Shown here: piece by piece, positions 35,639 through 50,169 of the stretch
Position numbering within the stretch: the first letter of the stretch is position 1
Layout: each line of letters opens with the position of its first letter
NCBI GenBank assembly: GCA_037447605.1
Contig: CM074813.1
Span: 992,001 to 1,056,000 of the forward strand
From: Zygnema circumcarinatum SAG 698-1b
Lineage: Eukaryota; Plantae; Zygnematophyceae
DNA length: 64,000 bases
Direction of reading: 5' to 3'
The notes under the pieces: generated by a model
The model's database searches: none
Told to the model about the DNA's origin: nothing
The model's input: only the letters and a program-made list of their open reading frames with translations
Translations under genes and position numbers: made by a program

Positions 35639-38600
35639 ATGGCAGAATCTGCGGCTTCCACGGCGCCTGAAACTGCGCAGGAGGAGGAGGTCTATTCCGC
35701 CCCTCCGGAGGACATGCACGAGGGAAGGCCTCCGCCCGCCCAGGTGGAAGGGGGGAACCCTGGCGAGGTGAGGGATGGAGAGGGGAAGTGAGAGGGAGAG
35801 GAGGAGAGAGCGAGAGAGTGAGGGAGGGAGAAGAAGAGAGGGGAGAGGGAAAGGGGGTCAGGTCATGGTGAGCTCTCCCTCCCTCCGCTTTGGCGCCACC
35901 TCGTCCTCCCGCTGAAGGGGGATACGTAGCATGGCATATAGGACTAGAGGGATGGAGGGGAAGGCTGAGGGAGAGGGTGGGGGGAAGATGGAAGGAGAGG
36001 GAGTGAGTGAAAGTGGGAGTGAGAGAGGAGGGGAGGCGAAGGGGAGGGAGGAAGGGGGAGCGAGGAAGATGGAGAGGGCAAGGGGAGAGAGCGAAGAATT
36101 GAGGCTTCTTTTTTCTTTATATTGTCTCAAAATTCACTTCCTCCTCGCCCTTGTCTTTGTTTCTTCTGACAGAGTCTGCTGCCCGAACTTTCACCTGCCG
36201 AGCTGATTGGCAAAGGACGGGCACCCGTGAAAAAGGAATTTTTGCAGAAGGCTCAAAAAAGACATCTCCAGAGTGCAGAGAGCGCAGTCCTGCAAGGGGG
36301 GGCGGAGCCGAACTTTTCGGGGGGGAGCAGAAAAAAAATTCATTTGGAGCAGAAGAGCAAACGACAGCAGAAGAAAGATCGTCAGGAGGTGCGCATCAAG
36401 GCTCTTGAAAAATCCGTTATAAAACTCTAATTTATGTATTTCTACTGATTTCTTTCAAGTGCTTCATAAAGCTAGAATGTCTTTTCCTCTCTTTTCTTTT
36501 TATGGCCCCCTTTCCCTTGAAAGATTTTTTCTGGGGCTTGGGCAGGCGAGAAAAGCCAATATATGTCCGACAGTTGCGAAAGCAGGTGACGTCACTGCAT
36601 GTCCGTATGGTGCCACATGTCGTCTCAGCCACGACTTGGAGGCTTTCCTTGCTTCGGTGGGACCCACTTTTTCCAATTTATAGGGGCATTAGATAATGTA
36701 AATAATTATAAAAAGATATATTGTAAATTTTGGTATCGTACCTTGAATGGAAACAACGCCATCGTAAAATAAATCTGCTCATGTGATTGTATTTATTTAT
36801 TTTCCTTTAAAGTATATGCTCATGGGTGTCGGCTTGAACCCCAACCAAGTGTTTCTCCTTTCTCTTTTCTCTCCCTTTCTCTCTCTTACTCTTTCTCCTT
36901 CTCCCTCTCTCGGTCTCTGCCCCTCCTCTCGACTCCCTATTTCCCCCCCAGTTATCTTTGAAAAATCCCGTTCTGAAAACATACTAAAATAAAGAAGAAA
37001 ATTTCTCCTTCCAGAAACCGGACGATATTCCTGGAATCTGCCCTTTCAGCAGTCGGCCCTATCCATGTCCGTACGGGCTCGCATGCCGTTTTTATGGAAG
37101 CCACAATGGAAGCAATGGGCCCAAAAGTGAAATTATTCTCTCTGCAAGAGAGGGTGGCGCAGTGGTGCACGCAGAAACTAGGTTAGCCGAGCTGGAAAAT
37201 GGGGTTCTAAGGGTAGGAAATGGGGTTCAGGGGGCAAGTGAAGGGGTTCCAGGCGCAGATTTGAAAAGGGTGGGAGAGGGAGAGGGGATAGAGGGAGGGA
37301 TGAAGCGGGGAACGGAGGATGAACGGAACGGACTGAGCAAGGAACTGCAGAGGCAGTTGTGGAAAAATGTGATCTCAACGCCGCGGGCAGAGAGTGTCCT
37401 TTCGGCCATGAAACTAGTGGTGAGTTTCAATCGTTATATTTTCGTATATAGCTCTTATTTTCTTAATGTCCTTTCGTTTCCCCTGTTTTTGCATTTCCAT
37501 TCATTTCCATGTGTTTATTTAGTTTCCAATCGTTTTTGTTTCTAACGTGAATTCCCTTGTTTCCTCCATTCCTCTACTTACTTTCACCGTTTCTGTATTC
37601 TTTGCTCTTCTTCCCCCTCGGTGACTGCAGATCCGACATGGGAAGCATCGTTCAGTTGAGGGTAAAAAAGAGTCAGGAAAAAGGAAAATTTCCGATGAAA
37701 TTGGAGGCGGAGCTGAGGGAGAAGGAGAATTGAAAAATCGAAAAACGCAGGAGATGAAGGGTCTGGAGGAGGAGCCTACGGAGAATGTTATGGAAACGGC
37801 AACAGAAACTGAAATCGCAACGGAGAAGGGAATGGAACCGGGTACGGAGTTGGTAACTGATGCGGGAACGGAAACGGAGATGGAGATGGAAATGGAACAC
37901 TCTGAAAAGAAAAAAAGTAGATATGGAGACAGCGGAGTGGTGGGCGATGGGGACGAGACAAAAATTTTGCAGAGGGAGAAGAGAAAGTTGGTTTTTAGAG
38001 GAAAGATTTATTTGGCTCCGTTGACGACAGTTGGAAATTTGCCGTTCCGGAGAGTTTGTAAAGATTTGGGGGCAGACATTACGTGTGGAGAAATGGCGAT
38101 GTGCGCAAATCTTCTTCAGGTGGCTTTTATTCTGTCTTTGCCCTTTTCTCTGGACTTCATTCCCTCCTCTTCTCTCCCACTCACTCTTTATCTAACTTCT
38201 TACGACGCTTCTCTCTCTGCCTCCTGCTCTCCCTCCATCAGTCAAGTCATTCCTTAATCCCCTCCCCACCTCGCTCTCTCTCTTCTCTCGCTCTATCTCT
38301 GTCTTTATTTCATTCCCTTCCTCTTCGTCTTGTTCTTTGGCACCAGGGACTTGCAAGTCTGTCGAAGTTTTGAGAAGATTATCCGATGTTTCAAGGCACT
38401 TATTTCTCCATTTTTGACCTACTAGAGGGTCCACTCCTCCCGTGACCCATGTTTTCTTTTCCCCTTCCTTGCCCATCCTCATTTTATTCCCCNNNNNNNN
38501 NNCCCCCCCCCCCCCCCCCCCCCTTCCTCACCCACTTTTTTTTCTTTCCGGGCAGGGACAAGCTTCAGAGTGGGCCCTTTTACGCCGCCATGCCAGCGAA

Positions 38601-41449
38601 GACTTTTTTGGCGTTCAGATCTGCGGCGGATTTCCGGACCTTTTGGCGCGGACGGCTGAGATTGTGGAAAGGGAGTGCCACGTGGACTTCATCGATATCA
38701 ACATGGGCTGCCCCATCGACCTCGTCGTGCAGAAGGTGACAAACGGCAGCTCCACTCGTGCTGCCACTCTGCAACTATCTGTCGGTCTCCTTCTCGTCGT
38801 GTTTTCCTCTCTCTTGCTCATTCTCTTTTCATATTTTGTACACTTTCTGACTGTTCTCCACCTCGCCCTCTTCTCCATACTCATTCAAACTCTCTACTCT
38901 TCCCCTCCCCCTCTCCCTCCCCGTCCTCCTCCCTCCCCTCCCTCCCCCACCCCCTCAACCCTCCCTCCCTCCCTCCCCCTCCCCCTCCCCTCCCCTCCCC
39001 CACCCCCTCAGCCCTCCCCTCCCCCTCCCTCCCCTCCCCTCCCTCCCCTCCCCTCCCCTCCCCTCCCCTCCCCCTCCCCCTCCCCCTCCCCCTCCCCCTC
39101 CCCTCCCCTCCCCCTCCCCTCCCCTCCCCTCCCCTCCTCCTCCCCTCCCCTCCCCTCCCCTCCCCCTCCCCCTCCCCTCCCTCCCCTCCCCTCCCCTCCC
39201 CTCCCCCTCCCTCCCTCCCTCCCCCTCCCCTCCCCTCCCCTCCCCTCCCCTCCTCCCCTCCCCTCCCAGTATGCAGGCTCATACCTTCTCACCAAGCCGA
39301 CGCGCATGGAGCAATGCATTCGCGCCACGTCAGCAGCCATCGACAGCTGTCTCACTGTGAAGGTAGTACAAGGAAAGGTTCGCGGAAGGTTCTAAGGTCA
39401 AAAGTGCAAATAAGGAAAAGGAAAACGTTGGGGCCAAGGTCCGTGAAAAGTAGCTGAGAACTGGACTGTAAGTTTCGATTTAGTTGCAGGAAAGATTGCA
39501 AGGGAATGTAAGGGTTTTTTTCACTTCAGGTTTTTAGGGTTCGAAGTTGTAGTCCATTCAACCGGTAGTTAAATGTTTGCCGACTTTTATGCAAAGACCT
39601 CAGACAATTTTTCTATATTTTCAGTTAACTTGTTTTTTTTGCGCTCCCTTGTTTTGTTTATAGGTAAGAACGGGATATTTCGAAGGAAAGAACTGCGCAC
39701 ATAATGTGCTGCCGGAATTGAGTAATTGGGGCGTGACAGCTGTCACGGTGCATGGCCGTACACGGCAGCAGCGGTACAGCCGGTTGGCCGATTGGGATTA
39801 CATTCAAACGTGTTCCGAAAAAAGAGGAGAAAATTCACCTCTCCAGGTAGAGATATGCAATAAGATAGATAAAGTTAATTATAATGGGAACAAAGGAACG
39901 AGCAATTGTAGAATAAGAAAGAGAAAAGGCGGCAAGAAAGGGTGTAAGGAGAGACAAACAGGGAGGGGGAAAGAGAGAATAGTGGATGGGTGGAGGATGT
40001 AGAGAGAGGAGGGAAAAGAAGGAGCAATGGGAAGAAATGGACAGAGCGTGTAGGCAAGAACGTAATGTGGTTTTGAGAGTGGAAGTGGGAGCGGAAAGGG
40101 AGCCATTGAGAGAGGTGCAATGGAGAGGAGGGAAAGGGAGAGTGATTAGGTATCTTAGGACTCCACGAGTGCTCGTTCCATGCAACTGAAGAGCGTCAGA
40201 TGTCCGTTGCAGGTGATTGGAAACGGCGACGTATTTTCGTTCACGGATTGGAACGAGCATCTGACGGGGGGGCGAGCCCGCGTGGACAGCTGCATGGTCG
40301 CCCGGGGTGCTCTCATCAAGGTACAACTCCCTCTGCAAACCCCCTTCCCAAATCTCCCTTCTTCTCTCTCTGCCCCGCTCCCTCTCTCTCTCTCTCTGTG
40401 TCTCTGTATCCCATTTGCTCTCCTTGCTGCTGATCTCTCCTTCTTTCCTCTCGTCCTTCTCCACTTTCCGCACCCTCTTTCCCTCTTCACTGTCTTTTAT
40501 CTATGTCCCTTTCTTTCCTCCGCTCTCCCTCTCCCCTCTTGCCCTTCCCCTCCATCTCCTTCCCCTCCCCCTTCCTCCCCTTGGAGCGGAGCAGCCATGG
40601 CTGCTGACAGAGATAAAGGAGCAGCGCCACTGGGACATCAGCGCATCCGAGCGGCTCGAAATTTTGAAAAAGTACAGCGAGTACGGCCTCTCGCACTGGG
40701 GCTCGGACTCCAAAGGTACGGAACTTGTCGCATCTCAAATCTGAATTAGCTCAGATCTGACCCGTCCTCTCTACAGCATTACTCCTGCTGCTGTATCGCG
40801 ATGTGCTCTCTCTATCTCTCTCTCATTCTCTCTCTCTCTCCCCCTCCCCTTTGCATCTCCATCTTTCTCTCGCTCTCCCCCCCTGTTCACTGCGCTCCCT
40901 CCCCTCTCCTGGGCCTCCTTCCTGCCCCCTCTCCTGTCTCTCTCTCTCTCCCTCTCTCACTCTCTCTGCCCCCCCTCCTCCCGCAGGAGTGGAGACCACG
41001 CGCCACTTTCTGCTAGAGTGGCTGAGTTACCTCCACCGCTACATTCCAGTCGGCCTTCTGGAAGTGGTCCCCCAAAAACTGAACTGGCGGCCCCCGTTCT
41101 ATGTGGGCCGCTCCGATCTGGAGACGCTCCTTGCGTCCGACAGCGCGGCTGACTGGGTGCGTTCCGTTGGCTTCGACGGAAAGCGGAACAGCCAGTTCTA
41201 TGCTTGCATGCAACCCCTCTCTTTCAAACTTCCAAGATGACAATTCTGAGCCTTTGAATAGACCGCTTTTGTGCAGCCGTTGACCACGCTCATTATCCGT
41301 AAAATCTTCTGCAGCCCTCTTATAAGACATTGGTTGACTGTGTGTCGCAGGTGCGGATAACCGAAATGCTGCTGGGACCCCCCCCTCCCAATTTTCAATT
41401 TACTCCCAAACATAAGTCCAATGCGTACGATAAAGCGGAGAATGGCTGA
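35639..41449 (+). CDS. DUS3: tRNA-dihydrouridine(47) synthase, multi-exon
   Basis: N-terminal CCCH fingers ([18 protein letters not shown]; [16 protein letters not shown]), [59 protein letters not shown], and C-terminus [16 protein letters not shown]. Confidence 0.94.
38900..39268. repeat. (CCCCT)n-type polypyrimidine tract in a DUS3 intron
   Basis: About 370 bp made almost only of C and T. Confidence 0.92.
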
Positions 41450-42109
41450 GACGTGATATCGTCGCCCTCCTCCATGAAGTGATGTATGCAGTGAGCAGGA
41501 GAGCTTTTCCCCCATGCCATGCCATGTCACGCCGTGCCGAGCCATGCCATCCCATGCGGCCCTTCCCCTTTGCGGCAACCTTCTGTACAATATGAGGCAC
41601 TCTCCTTCCATTTGTGGAGCGATCAATAAAATATGAACGAGATTTCCAATGCATTTCTTTTTATTGTTTTTCGTAAGGCCTTGCCACCAATCAAACCTAT
41701 TTGAGTAAATTTGTTCGGCGACTTTGTCCCCGCGTCTTGTGACATTTACGTACAACTTTCCAATTGAGCATGAATCCTCATGTTCAACATGTCTCTAGCG
41801 CCAAATCAGTCAATTCCCACTGCATTCTTTGATTTTGATTGTCCGTTCACACGACAACGACGTCCCCTCTCCCTTCGTTCACACGTGCGGTTCTTTGTTG
41901 ACTTCCTTGAACAGCCGGTCAACGGCCTTCCGTTGACTTCGCTCCCGTCCGTCCGTACGGCCGACATGCTAAATAACACGGTCTCGCGCACCTCCGTTGA
42001 CCACGTGGCGCTGTTTCTGCGAAGTGAGGCGGTCCGCCATTGGCGGCGCGGGACGCGGCGGACGGTTCGTATATAGACGTTGGCCGGACCCTCCAGACGA
42101 CCACTGCCC

Positions 42110-42123
42110 CCTCTCTCTCTCTC

Positions 42124-42190
<67 letters not shown>
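42110..42190. repeat. (CT)n microsatellite in the tetraspanin 5' region
   Basis: Near-perfect CT run of about 80 bp. Confidence 0.92.
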
Positions 42191-42193
<3 letters not shown>

Positions 42194-42303
42194 GGAGGCG
42201 GCGAAGGGTTCAGAGGGAGGGCCAGGCAGGGCTTTGGAGGAGGGTGGAGAGGGGCTGCGGCTTGGGCGTGCAGTGAATTTGGGCTCAGATTTTTGAGGCG
42301 AAG

Positions 42304-43091
42304 ATGGGGCTCTCCACGGCGCTGACTATGGCGGTGAATCTGGTGGGCATGCTCGCTGGTGGAACGGTGTTTGGAGCGGGCGTGTGGCTCGGTACGAGGT
42401 GAGGGGCTGCCCGTCCTCTCTCTCTCTCCCTTTCGCTCTCTCAGTCTCTCCCTTTCTCTCTCTCCCCCTCCCCATTTCTTCTTTCGATCGACCTTTCCCT
42501 CCCACCTCTTACATCTCCCACTCTTTCACCCTTTTTCCTCTCCCTGTTGCCCTCCCTCCCTCCCACTATCTTCATCGCTTTTCCTCGCCTCGCCTGCTGT
42601 CAAAATTAGGCCTCAGACCAAAGTGGAAGAAATGATGACTCAAATGGTGACGAAAGAGAAACACAATACCTTTGAATCTCCGCATGAATGGAGCATCCGT
42701 TGCATTTCAGAATGCTGCAATCATCATCTCTGTGATAAATGGAGGCGCCGGGCAGTCCTCAAGGCCTTTCTTGATCTGAAAAAATTCGCAACCACTTTTG
42801 AAAGCGCAGGCTGCATCTTCCACGTTCCACTAAAGGAATTTTATTTCCAGCTTTACTTAGCTTCTTTTTGGTGCTCAATTTTCGTTTCTTTTCCAACAGA
42901 GGCGACGGAGTGGAGTGCTTCTCCTTCCTCCATTGGGCCCTCATTATTGTCGGCGCCGTCCTTTTCGTTGTTGCCCTCGTTGGCTTTGTCGGAGCATGCT
43001 GCCAAGTCTCCGCCCTTCTTTGGGTTTATCTCTTCGTTGTTTTCCTCGTCTTGATCGGACTTTCGGCATTCACCGGTGAGATTATGTCCCC

Positions 43092-43124
<33 letters not shown>

Positions 43125-43949
43125 CCTCTCCCTCTCTCTCTCTTACACATACAAACACTCTCGAATGTAACATAAACTCATCAAGAAACTCGGTTGCTTG
43201 AAGCAAGCTGTGCTCCCACCCCTTCGCCCCTACCTCCTCTAACAAGAGAGTTCCATGCTTTTCTTTCTTGTGCAGTGTTCGCATTCGTCGTCACCAACAA
43301 GTCTGCGAGTGCGGCAGTGGCTGGTCAGGGCTTCAAGGACTACCGCCTCGCCGACTACTCCGCGTGGCTGCAGCGCCGAGTGAACGACACCAACACATGG
43401 AACACCGTCCGCAGCTGCATCTCCAAGGCGGACCCATGCACGGAGTTAGCCGCAAAGTACGCAACGGAAGACAGTCTCTACGCAGCGAAGCTTTCGCCCA
43501 TACAGGTGAGTTTCATCAGGTGTCTCCCCCTTAACATCTTTTTGGCCTTGCTTTAGATGAGGTTAGGGTTTCATAATTTGAAACAATAGAATGAAGCATG
43601 TGTGATAAGCATGCGTTTTTTGGGGCTGCAGGCTGGCTGCTGCATTCCGCCTCTCGACTGCGGCTACACTTTTGTGAATGCTACATACTTCACAGTTCCG
43701 TCGTCAGGAGCAGCGAACAGCAGCGATGCGGACTGCGCAAATTACAACAACAGTAGCAGCGAAAATCTGTGCTACGGATGCGACACGTGTAAAGCCGGCG
43801 TGCTGGAGAATGTGCAACGGAGCTGGAGAATAGTGTCATTTGTGAATCTTGGCGTTCTTATCTTCATTTTTGCAGTCTACTCGATCGGATGCTGCGCCTA
43901 CCGCCATGCACGTAGCGGTACAGAGTTTGGATACCTTAAAGGGTTTTAA
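42304..43949 (+). CDS. Plant-type tetraspanin, 4 exons, 272 aa
   Basis: Exons 42304-42398, 42900-43075, 43276-43505 and 43632-43949 join in phase. Four hydrophobic segments, GFVGACC..LLWVYL, FAFVVTNK, YRLADYSAWLQRRV..W..VRSC, a GCCIPP variant of the plant GCCK/RP motif, and C..C..CKAGVL. Confidence 0.93.
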
Positions 43950-45451
43950 CTGTGTCTTGATCGCTAGTGACCCCATGATGCGGGTGTTACCTATGGCTCT
44001 GCTCTATGCGCTAGGTTCAGCGCTTGTATTTTTATATTCCCCGCTTACATGGTTTGATCTAAAATATGGGCCCTCTCTCATTCTTAAACTATAAGTGCTC
44101 TGAACCCAGTTCCTATCTCGGGATTATGTAGCAGGAAGCCCTTGGCAGGGTTCAGGCCATTGTACATACACTTTTTTTGGGCAGGAGAAGAGAGAGAAAG
44201 GCTGAAACTGAAAACTCTGTATTGGCATGGTAACTCTGTACTCTGATTGTCTGATTGGCTCCAAAAACTATTCAATTTTTTTAAAGGAGTTGAGCAGATT
44301 CTGAGGTGTGTGCGCCCTTGGAGTCGTGTGCATGTCACGTGATGGACATATGCAGAGCAGCTATCAGAAGCTTTACAGGGGCTCTGTAGCTGATCGGACG
44401 GTTAGGAATGGATTCAGATGGGACGCCATCATCGACAGGATTGCGGCACACTTCGTTTTCCTTTTGATGGCCTCGCCATCGCGAGGTCAATGAAAGTTTG
44501 CGTTTTTTTCCTTTTGCTTTGTTTCTTTGTCAAATGCTTCCCTCTCCATCTCCCTCTCTCGGCCTCTCTCCCTATCTTGTAGGGAGCGAGAGCAGGAGGG
44601 AGGTCGGTGGTACTGCACCGAGGCAGATCTCTACAGCCAAATCGGCTCATGTTGCGCTGCACCTGTGAAATCAAATGGTCGAAAGCTCTCAAATTTCGAT
44701 CGCAATCGTTTTACGAGGCTGACAGGGACCCTCCGCGGGTGTTTGAACTGAACATCGCCGGGATCCCCTTGTCGCCCAGCCCCAGCGAGTTTCCATTTCG
44801 CTTCGAATCCTTTGTGTTCGTGTTCTCTCCCTTCGTTTTGTTTCTTTTTCTTTAGTTCAGCCTTTGGTTTGGTCCATTGCGAATACTTCTGATCTCAGGG
44901 TCTCGTGCCATATGAAGTATTCCCCTTGGTGCCCTTTTTGGACTTTGATGGCTGCGCCATCATGATTCAAGAAAGTGTCACTTTTTTCGAGAAGTGGTTT
45001 TCTGACGCTTTGGCGGCCTGAACCGCACAAACGACGGGTGAAAATACGGCAACCCCCCCCCTCCCCCCCATGACACGAATGTGAGCACAACGTAAAGCCT
45101 CATGTTCGCATGTTCGCACTCACACTCGATGATGCCAAGTAGACATGGCAGAGGCTGGAAATGGCGAGGGTCCCGTGGAACCCATGTTCATTTACAGTAT
45201 TGCAGAACCCTTCTTAAGTGATTACCCTCCTAAGTGAAGATTAGTCTAGAGAGTTCTACTTCTATACATTGAGAAGAGTAGGAAACGGAGCCGCGCACTT
45301 AACCGGCAATAACCTGTCGTCCACGTGCAGCGGGCGGCAGGTGGGCGGCAGGTTATTTGCTTTAAAAGGGTGCAATTGAGACTGGGTCAAAACCTGACTA
45401 AACGGACAATGCCCTAGTCCCGCTCGAATCACACTCTACAAGGAAAACCAA

Positions 45452-48400
45452 TTACTCATGTTCTACCTCTCCATATCTCTCCTCTGCTCTCTCTTTATCC
45501 CGTTTCATCATCCTTTTCTTCCCTTCCTTCTTCCCCTTCTTCCTCTTCTTCCTCCCCTCCTCTCTCTCGTCTTTTCCCTCCGATTCCTTCTCTTCCGTCA
45601 CTTCCACTCCTCCCTCGCATGCACCACTTCCTTCTCTTTCTCCCTCTCCCTCTCCCTCTCCCTCTCCCTCTCCCTCTCCCTCTCCCTCTCCCTCTCCTCT
45701 CCTCCGCTTCTCCTCTTCAGCCTCCAGAAGCTTCTGGAACTCCTCCCCATCCTCACGCCCGCCACCTCCCTCCAACAATTCAGAAGCAAATCGTTGGCAC
45801 GCCATTTCCAGATATTCATTGAAGGTGTAAATGCCCGTCCGCAGACGCTTCTTTATCTCCCTCCATCTTCGGCTGCAAACTTCTCCCGACCTGTGAACGA
45901 CAATCAGTCCACATGAGGTTCCATTCAGGGGTTCAGGGACATGGAGATTTTAGGGTTTTGAGGGTATTGTGGGTTCAGGTTTGTCTATAGATCTCAAGAA
46001 TTTTGGGGCTTATACGTGTGAAACTTTTCATACATTGTCGGTGCATAGAAACTGAAAGCTGCCAAGATGGATTATAATTCACCTGTTATCCAACAGGCTA
46101 CCCCATTCCACATCAGCTTCCTCCGTTACCTCGGTAGAAAGCAACCTGTCCATACCCAAAAACAACATGGTGAGGGTTAAGCCCACAGTGGAAGCCCTTC
46201 TAGCACGGAAAATGCTAACGAAAAGATTTTCTTGAACTTTCTTGTTTCACTTTTGAGGAGTGCGTGCAAAAGAGAGGAACAAAAGGAGCGGGCAAAGAGA
46301 CGAGAGGAAGGGATATGGAAATACGGGCGACGGGCCACAGAGCGAAGGGCAGGGGGGCAGTGAGTGGGTCAGGTGAGTACAAAGGATATCTTCGTGTGTG
46401 GGAGAGGGAGAGGGAGAAGGAGAGAGAGAGAGAGAGACACGTGAGAAGTGAGTGGAAGAGAGAGCTACGCTCACGCTTCAAGGAGTCTCCTGTCATCTCT
46501 ATTGTCCCATTCTCCATCAAGCACCATCCGCGAAGAAAGCTTGTAGTACCTGCGAGAACAGAACGGAGCGGATGATCCATGCATGTCCATCATCTTCCTT
46601 CGAAAGTTAGGGGAAAACAAAGGCCAAAAAATTCTGAATGCTCTCTAACACCTCTCTCTCTCGTTCTCCTTCCTCTCAACTGCAGAAACCCGCGGAAACT
46701 CCACAACCATAAATAGCAGTGCAAATTTGCATCCGAGAGAGAGAATAACGGCACCATTGAACAATGCAAGCGTTGTGCCTCCGCCCTCCCATCCTGTCTG
46801 CAATGGACATCCAGTCGAGATCGTCACGCACCTGCACGGACCAATGGGAGGCTCCATTGGTGTGAGGAGGAGGGAGGGAGGGAGAGAGGTCGAAGGAGGG
46901 AGAGGGCGACGAGGAACGAAGGAGATAGGGGCCGGACAAGGAAGAGAGTGGTGGGGAGAAAGAGGGAGAGGGAGAGGGAGAGGTGTTGAGGAGACTGAGG
47001 GGAAAATAAACTGCGAAGCCCTAGAGATTTAGAAACCCTAAAAGCTCCGACATGCGCATCCTAAGCGTAGCCCCCAAAAACCCAAAACGTGCAAAGGACC
47101 GCAAAATCCTGAAACTCCAACGACCCAAAACCCAAAAGCCCTGAAATGTGCAAACCCAGATACTCCTAAAATCAGAGTAAACATTCTAGCGATTTCAACC
47201 TCTAGAATGCCAACACTAGCATGCACAGCACAATAGAACCCCTAAATTATTATAAAAGGCGTAAAACCCGCAAATGAAAGGATCCTCAGGGTTTTTACTA
47301 TTCATCTACATAAAAAGTTGTAAATTTCTTTCAAATGGAACGAATGGTGGTATGCCACCTGCCGCCCTCCCACATCGTGCGATTTTCCCTCCCTCTCTCT
47401 CTGTCTGAGCTGAAGCCGCACGAGCGAACAAAGCATCTCCATTTCTTCGTGGCTCCATAATCCTGAACCCTAACAAACCCTACAGATGAGGTCCCCTATA
47501 CAATTTAAGGCGTTCTTTTGTCGTACTTTAAGGACGAGAGCTATAGGGATTTGGGTTCAGATTTTAAAGCTTTCTGTGCTAGTGGTGAAAGCGTTGGAGC
47601 TCTGAACCTTAAATCCAAGACCTTTTGCAACTCTTAACCCTAACTCCACCTCCAAGCTCTGAACCCTCACAGCTTAAACTGCAAATCTAACTCCTAAGTC
47701 ATAAACTCGAAACCTGAAAACCTCCAAACTAAATCCACGCAGCAATCTCGGCCTGCATCAAAAATCTAAACCTTGAACCCTAAACCTCCCACGGGGTGGT
47801 TAAACTCACCGGTCTTTTCGTGCTGCATATCGCGCCATTTGAATTTGATGCTTTCTTCGTATCTTCCCATGAACCCCATCAACTTCTTCCACTTCGGACC
47901 ATACTGTGCATAAAGCCTTCAGAGAGGAAAAAATTGAACATTCAAATGATATGTCATGCACCTTCAATTGTTTTCAAAAAAGCCCAAAAAAAAAATTATC
48001 TTTAGGTGGCCCAAAAAATATGAAATACTTTTTAGGGCTACAAAGAACATTCGAATCAGCTCACTATTTACCCAAAAACCAAAACAGCAACTTTACAAAC
48101 CTCAAACCTCAAACCTCCCCAAACCCCAATAACCCAAATCTCTCTCTCTCTCTCTCTCTCCCCCTCTCTCCGTCACACTCTCTCTCTCTCTCCCCCCTTC
48201 CTCCCCCTAAAGTAGGGTTCGAAGAAATCCTAAGCTCATGAGTGCATACTTTCTAAGAGTTTCCTCCTCCTCCTTGGACCATGTGCCCATCCAGTTTCCG
48301 TCGTGCAGCAGCCGCCGCCCGCGCGCATGGACACTCTTCACCGTTCTGTTTGGCAGAGAACTCGCTGCAACGGAACACATGGAACACGGGGCGTGCAGCA

Positions 48401-50169
48401 GGTGAGTCTCCGTATCTACTTCTGCTCTAGCAAGAAGTAATAGAGGGAAGAGGATGGGAGGGGCGACAGGAATAGGAATGTGGAGAGAGAAGGGAGGAGA
48501 GAGGGGGAGAGCGGGCGCGGGAGTGGAGTAACGAGAGAGAGGGGACAGTGGAGGGAGTGGAAAAGAGAGGGGAAGAGTGACAAAGGAAAGAGGTAGGGGG
48601 AGAGAGGAAGGAAGAGGAAAAGAGATGAGGAGAGAGGCAGAGAAGAGAGCGAGGAGAGAGAGGGAGAGAGAGGAAACGAAGGGAGTGAGACAGACGAAAG
48701 TGGTAGGGGAGAGGGAGTTGGAGAGAAAAGGAGAGAACGATGGAGAGAAGAACAAGTATAGTGTTTTATATCAGAAGGGTTGACAGGGAAAAAAAATAGG
48801 AAAAGGAGTTACCTATTTCTGGCCACGCCCGTTTCACATCTCGGTGGCGTTTAGAAAAAACAAGCTTCTCCTTCCCCTCTTCTTCATTCCATCCCTTCGC
48901 CTAGACAAACATCAAAATTGATTAAACATAGTAGAACCTAGCCAAAAACAGTCGACTTTCCTTCAAACATACAAACTCTAGTGCTGAATCTCATAGTTAT
49001 TTAGATATGAAAATATGAAAAAAGAAGGAAGACACTGAAAATAAAAACAAATTACATATAAATAAAAATGGAATGTACATGCTCTATCCCTTAGTTCTTT
49101 AAGCTTGATCATATCTAGAGCTACATCACATTGAGGGAAAGGATCCGCGTCCAAGTCCAGGATCATGATCGAACTGATTCATTTCTACTGTGATTCTCGC
49201 TCTGAAGTTTGAATAAATTTATTGACTGTTTCAAAATGACTTTCTTTTTTTGAGACTTACCTTTATGTACTCATGCGCAGCTGCCAAAATGATTTCGTCT
49301 TCCTCCATGGTAAAGTAGCCGTGATGAACATCCTTTTTTGTGTAATCCCACCCACAAACTTCACCGCCAGTCAATACATTTTTGGGCAAATTTTCCAAAT
49401 TGTAAGCTCTTTTCTTCGGACCACTTGCTACGCGTCCCTTCGTCTCCTTCTCCCCTCCTGTCTCTCTGTTCCCTACCTCCTCTCGGCTCCTCTCTCCCTT
49501 CTCACCTCCACTCCCCCTCCCGTCCTGCTCTTCTCCATTTGCTTTGCCTCCTTTCTCTATCTCCCCTCTCTCTCCCCCTCCTCCTCCCCTCCTCTCTCCG
49601 CCTCTCTCCTGTATCGTCTCTCCTTTCCCGCTCTTTCCCCTTCTCCCTCTCTCCGCTATATTCTTCTGCAATACAACCGCTTCTCCCTTCTGTTTCTTTG
49701 TCTTCTTTCCTGCTTCTCTTCCAGCTTTTCCACCTCCACCATTCTCTTCTGAACCCAATTTCCCTTTCTCTCCTTCCCCTGAACCCGTGCTCTCACGGGT
49801 CTTACTTACCTGTGGCCTTTCAGAAGCTTCAGGGTTTCCAAAATCTTTAAGGTTTTCAAGATTTCTACGGTTTTCAGAATGGCCGTTGGAAGGCTGATGA
49901 ATTACTTGCACTCTCATCCCTCCTTCCTCTCCTCCCTCCATAGCTGTAACCCTAAACGCCTCCTTTCTTCGCTTCTTCCTCCGCTCTCCAACGACCTCCC
50001 CTGGAGCCATCAGGCTTTCAGAAGCTTCCGGCCTTCTCTTCCATTTTTTTTCCCCTCTTTTCTGCTGCGATACCTTTTTTTTTTTAATTCCCTCTTCCAC
50101 CTCGCCGCTTGAATCCTCTTCGCTCTCCTCTTCCTCTCCACCCTCCATGCTGGGAACCCTAATTTTCAT
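45452..50169 (-). CDS. Myb-repeat protein resembling Reb1/TTF1 (RNA Pol I termination factor-like), with long K/E-rich N-terminus
   Basis: Exon peptides GYFTMEEDEIIL, WPEIASSLPNRTVKSVHARGRRL..GTWSKEEEETLR, YGPKWKKL..SIKFKWR, LDWMSIADRMGGRRHNACIVQW, WDNRDDRRLLEA, VEWGSLL..RSGEVCSRRW. The start codon and one or two micro-exons are uncertain. Confidence 0.75.

Noticed and set aside
38442-39457. Extensin-like Pro/Ser-rich ORFs
   Set aside because: They read through a (CCCCT)n DUS3 intron; only the flanking exon parts are coding.
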